Virus record (IMG/VR): IMGVR_UViG_3300033233_000046
Span: 1 to 56,599 of that record
DNA from: a virus
Taxonomy: Duplodnaviria > Caudoviricetes
Length of the DNA: 56,599 nucleotides
Direction: 5' to 3' (one strand)
A program made the translations under genes and the position numbers. Under the pieces are notes generated by a model. That model was given only the letters and a program-made list of their open reading frames with translations, was not told the origin of the DNA and did not search any database. Positions 56,062-56,599 of this stretch are shown piece after piece (position 1 is the first letter of the stretch; every line of letters starts with the position of its first letter).

Positions 56062-56210
56062 AACTATCTCTTAAGAAAACCGAGGTCGTCATCCTGCGTG
56101 ATGGGACGATCCATGGAGTCGCCAGGGATGAGGACGCAGCCAATAAACTCATAGCCGTGCTCCGGGAGCTTTATCCTGAGAGCACGTGGGAGAAGGGAGA
56201 AGGGGAATGA
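56058..56210 (+). CDS. 50-aa hypothetical protein (not in ORF track)
   Basis: GGGAGG RBS, ATGA coupling on both sides. Confidence 0.5.
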   Translation: MKLSLKKTEVVILRDGTIHGVARDEDAANKLIAVLRELYPESTWEKGEGE

Positions 56211-56311
56211 AAAGCATTGCTCTTACACAACTATTTGAGGACGGCATTACACAGGACATCGGACAAGTTACCGAGGGAGATAGAAAAGCTCTTAAAGAAC
56301 TAAAGAGATTA

Positions 56312-56580
56312 GGGGGGTGTACCCGCCCACGGCACAAACATGGTGGCTGACTCCTCTGGGGATATCTCAAACTCATCATTGTGGGCCGGCATATAGACGC
56401 TGCAGATGTATGCATTGGCCTCCTTCATATCAGTGATGCCAGCGGCGGCAAGTTCCTTGACAAGCCTCTCCTGATGGGTGCGGAAGGCCCGCTCAGAGCG
56501 TCCCCTGGCCTCGGGGGAATAGGCGGGAATCATCTCAATCCCTAACTGTCGCATGGCACACCCGAACTGTGTGAGATTCT
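56312..56580 (-). mobile_element. ISNCY transposase core fragment (includes terminal repeat copy 2, 56388-56580)
   Basis: IPAYSPEARGRSERAFRTHQERLVKEL...FVPWAG; continues the fragment at 1-623. Confidence 0.85.
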
Positions 56581-56599
56581 AATGATACGGCGACCACCG
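56581..56599 (+). other. Illumina P5 adapter contamination
   Basis: AATGATACGGCGACCACCG is the start of the P5 sequence. Confidence 0.97.

Overview
The window is an apparently near-complete ~56.4 kb tailed-phage genome with podovirus-like architecture. Gene order is terS-terL-portal-scaffold-P22-type coat, adaptor/nozzle/fibre/tailspike genes, three ejection-type proteins (no tape measure), a GH108 lysis cassette, a nucleotide-metabolism cluster, then an early/replication region (RusA, HU/IHF, SSAP, PD-(D/E)XK nuclease, Prim-Pol/helicase). Almost all genes are on the + strand. Both ends lie in a broken ISNCY-type transposase and overlap (1-197 = 56388-56580). The last 19 nt are Illumina P5 adapter, so some rearrangements could be artefacts. 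No integrase, repressor, reverse transcriptase or CRISPR array was found. Best leads: (1) four tail-region genes with Sec-type signal peptides, three with even Cys counts, suggesting export and extracytoplasmic folding of virion parts; (2) an attP-like locus with a consensus promoter fused to the 5' half of tRNA-Gln(CUG) but no integrase, plus a dif-like site; (3) a lone multi-ubiquitin-type Ubl with a masked C-terminal Gly; (4) an acetyltransferase plus double glycosyltransferase behind the capsid gene; (5) a HExxE / ATP-grasp / AdoMetDC-like trio; (6) an LRR array with almost purely non-synonymous combinatorial variation; (7) a PD-(D/E)XK nuclease with swapped motif order; (8) a promoter-driven structured non-coding region before terS; (9) a sigma54-promoter cassette. 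All family calls come from motif recognition by eye; no database search was run.
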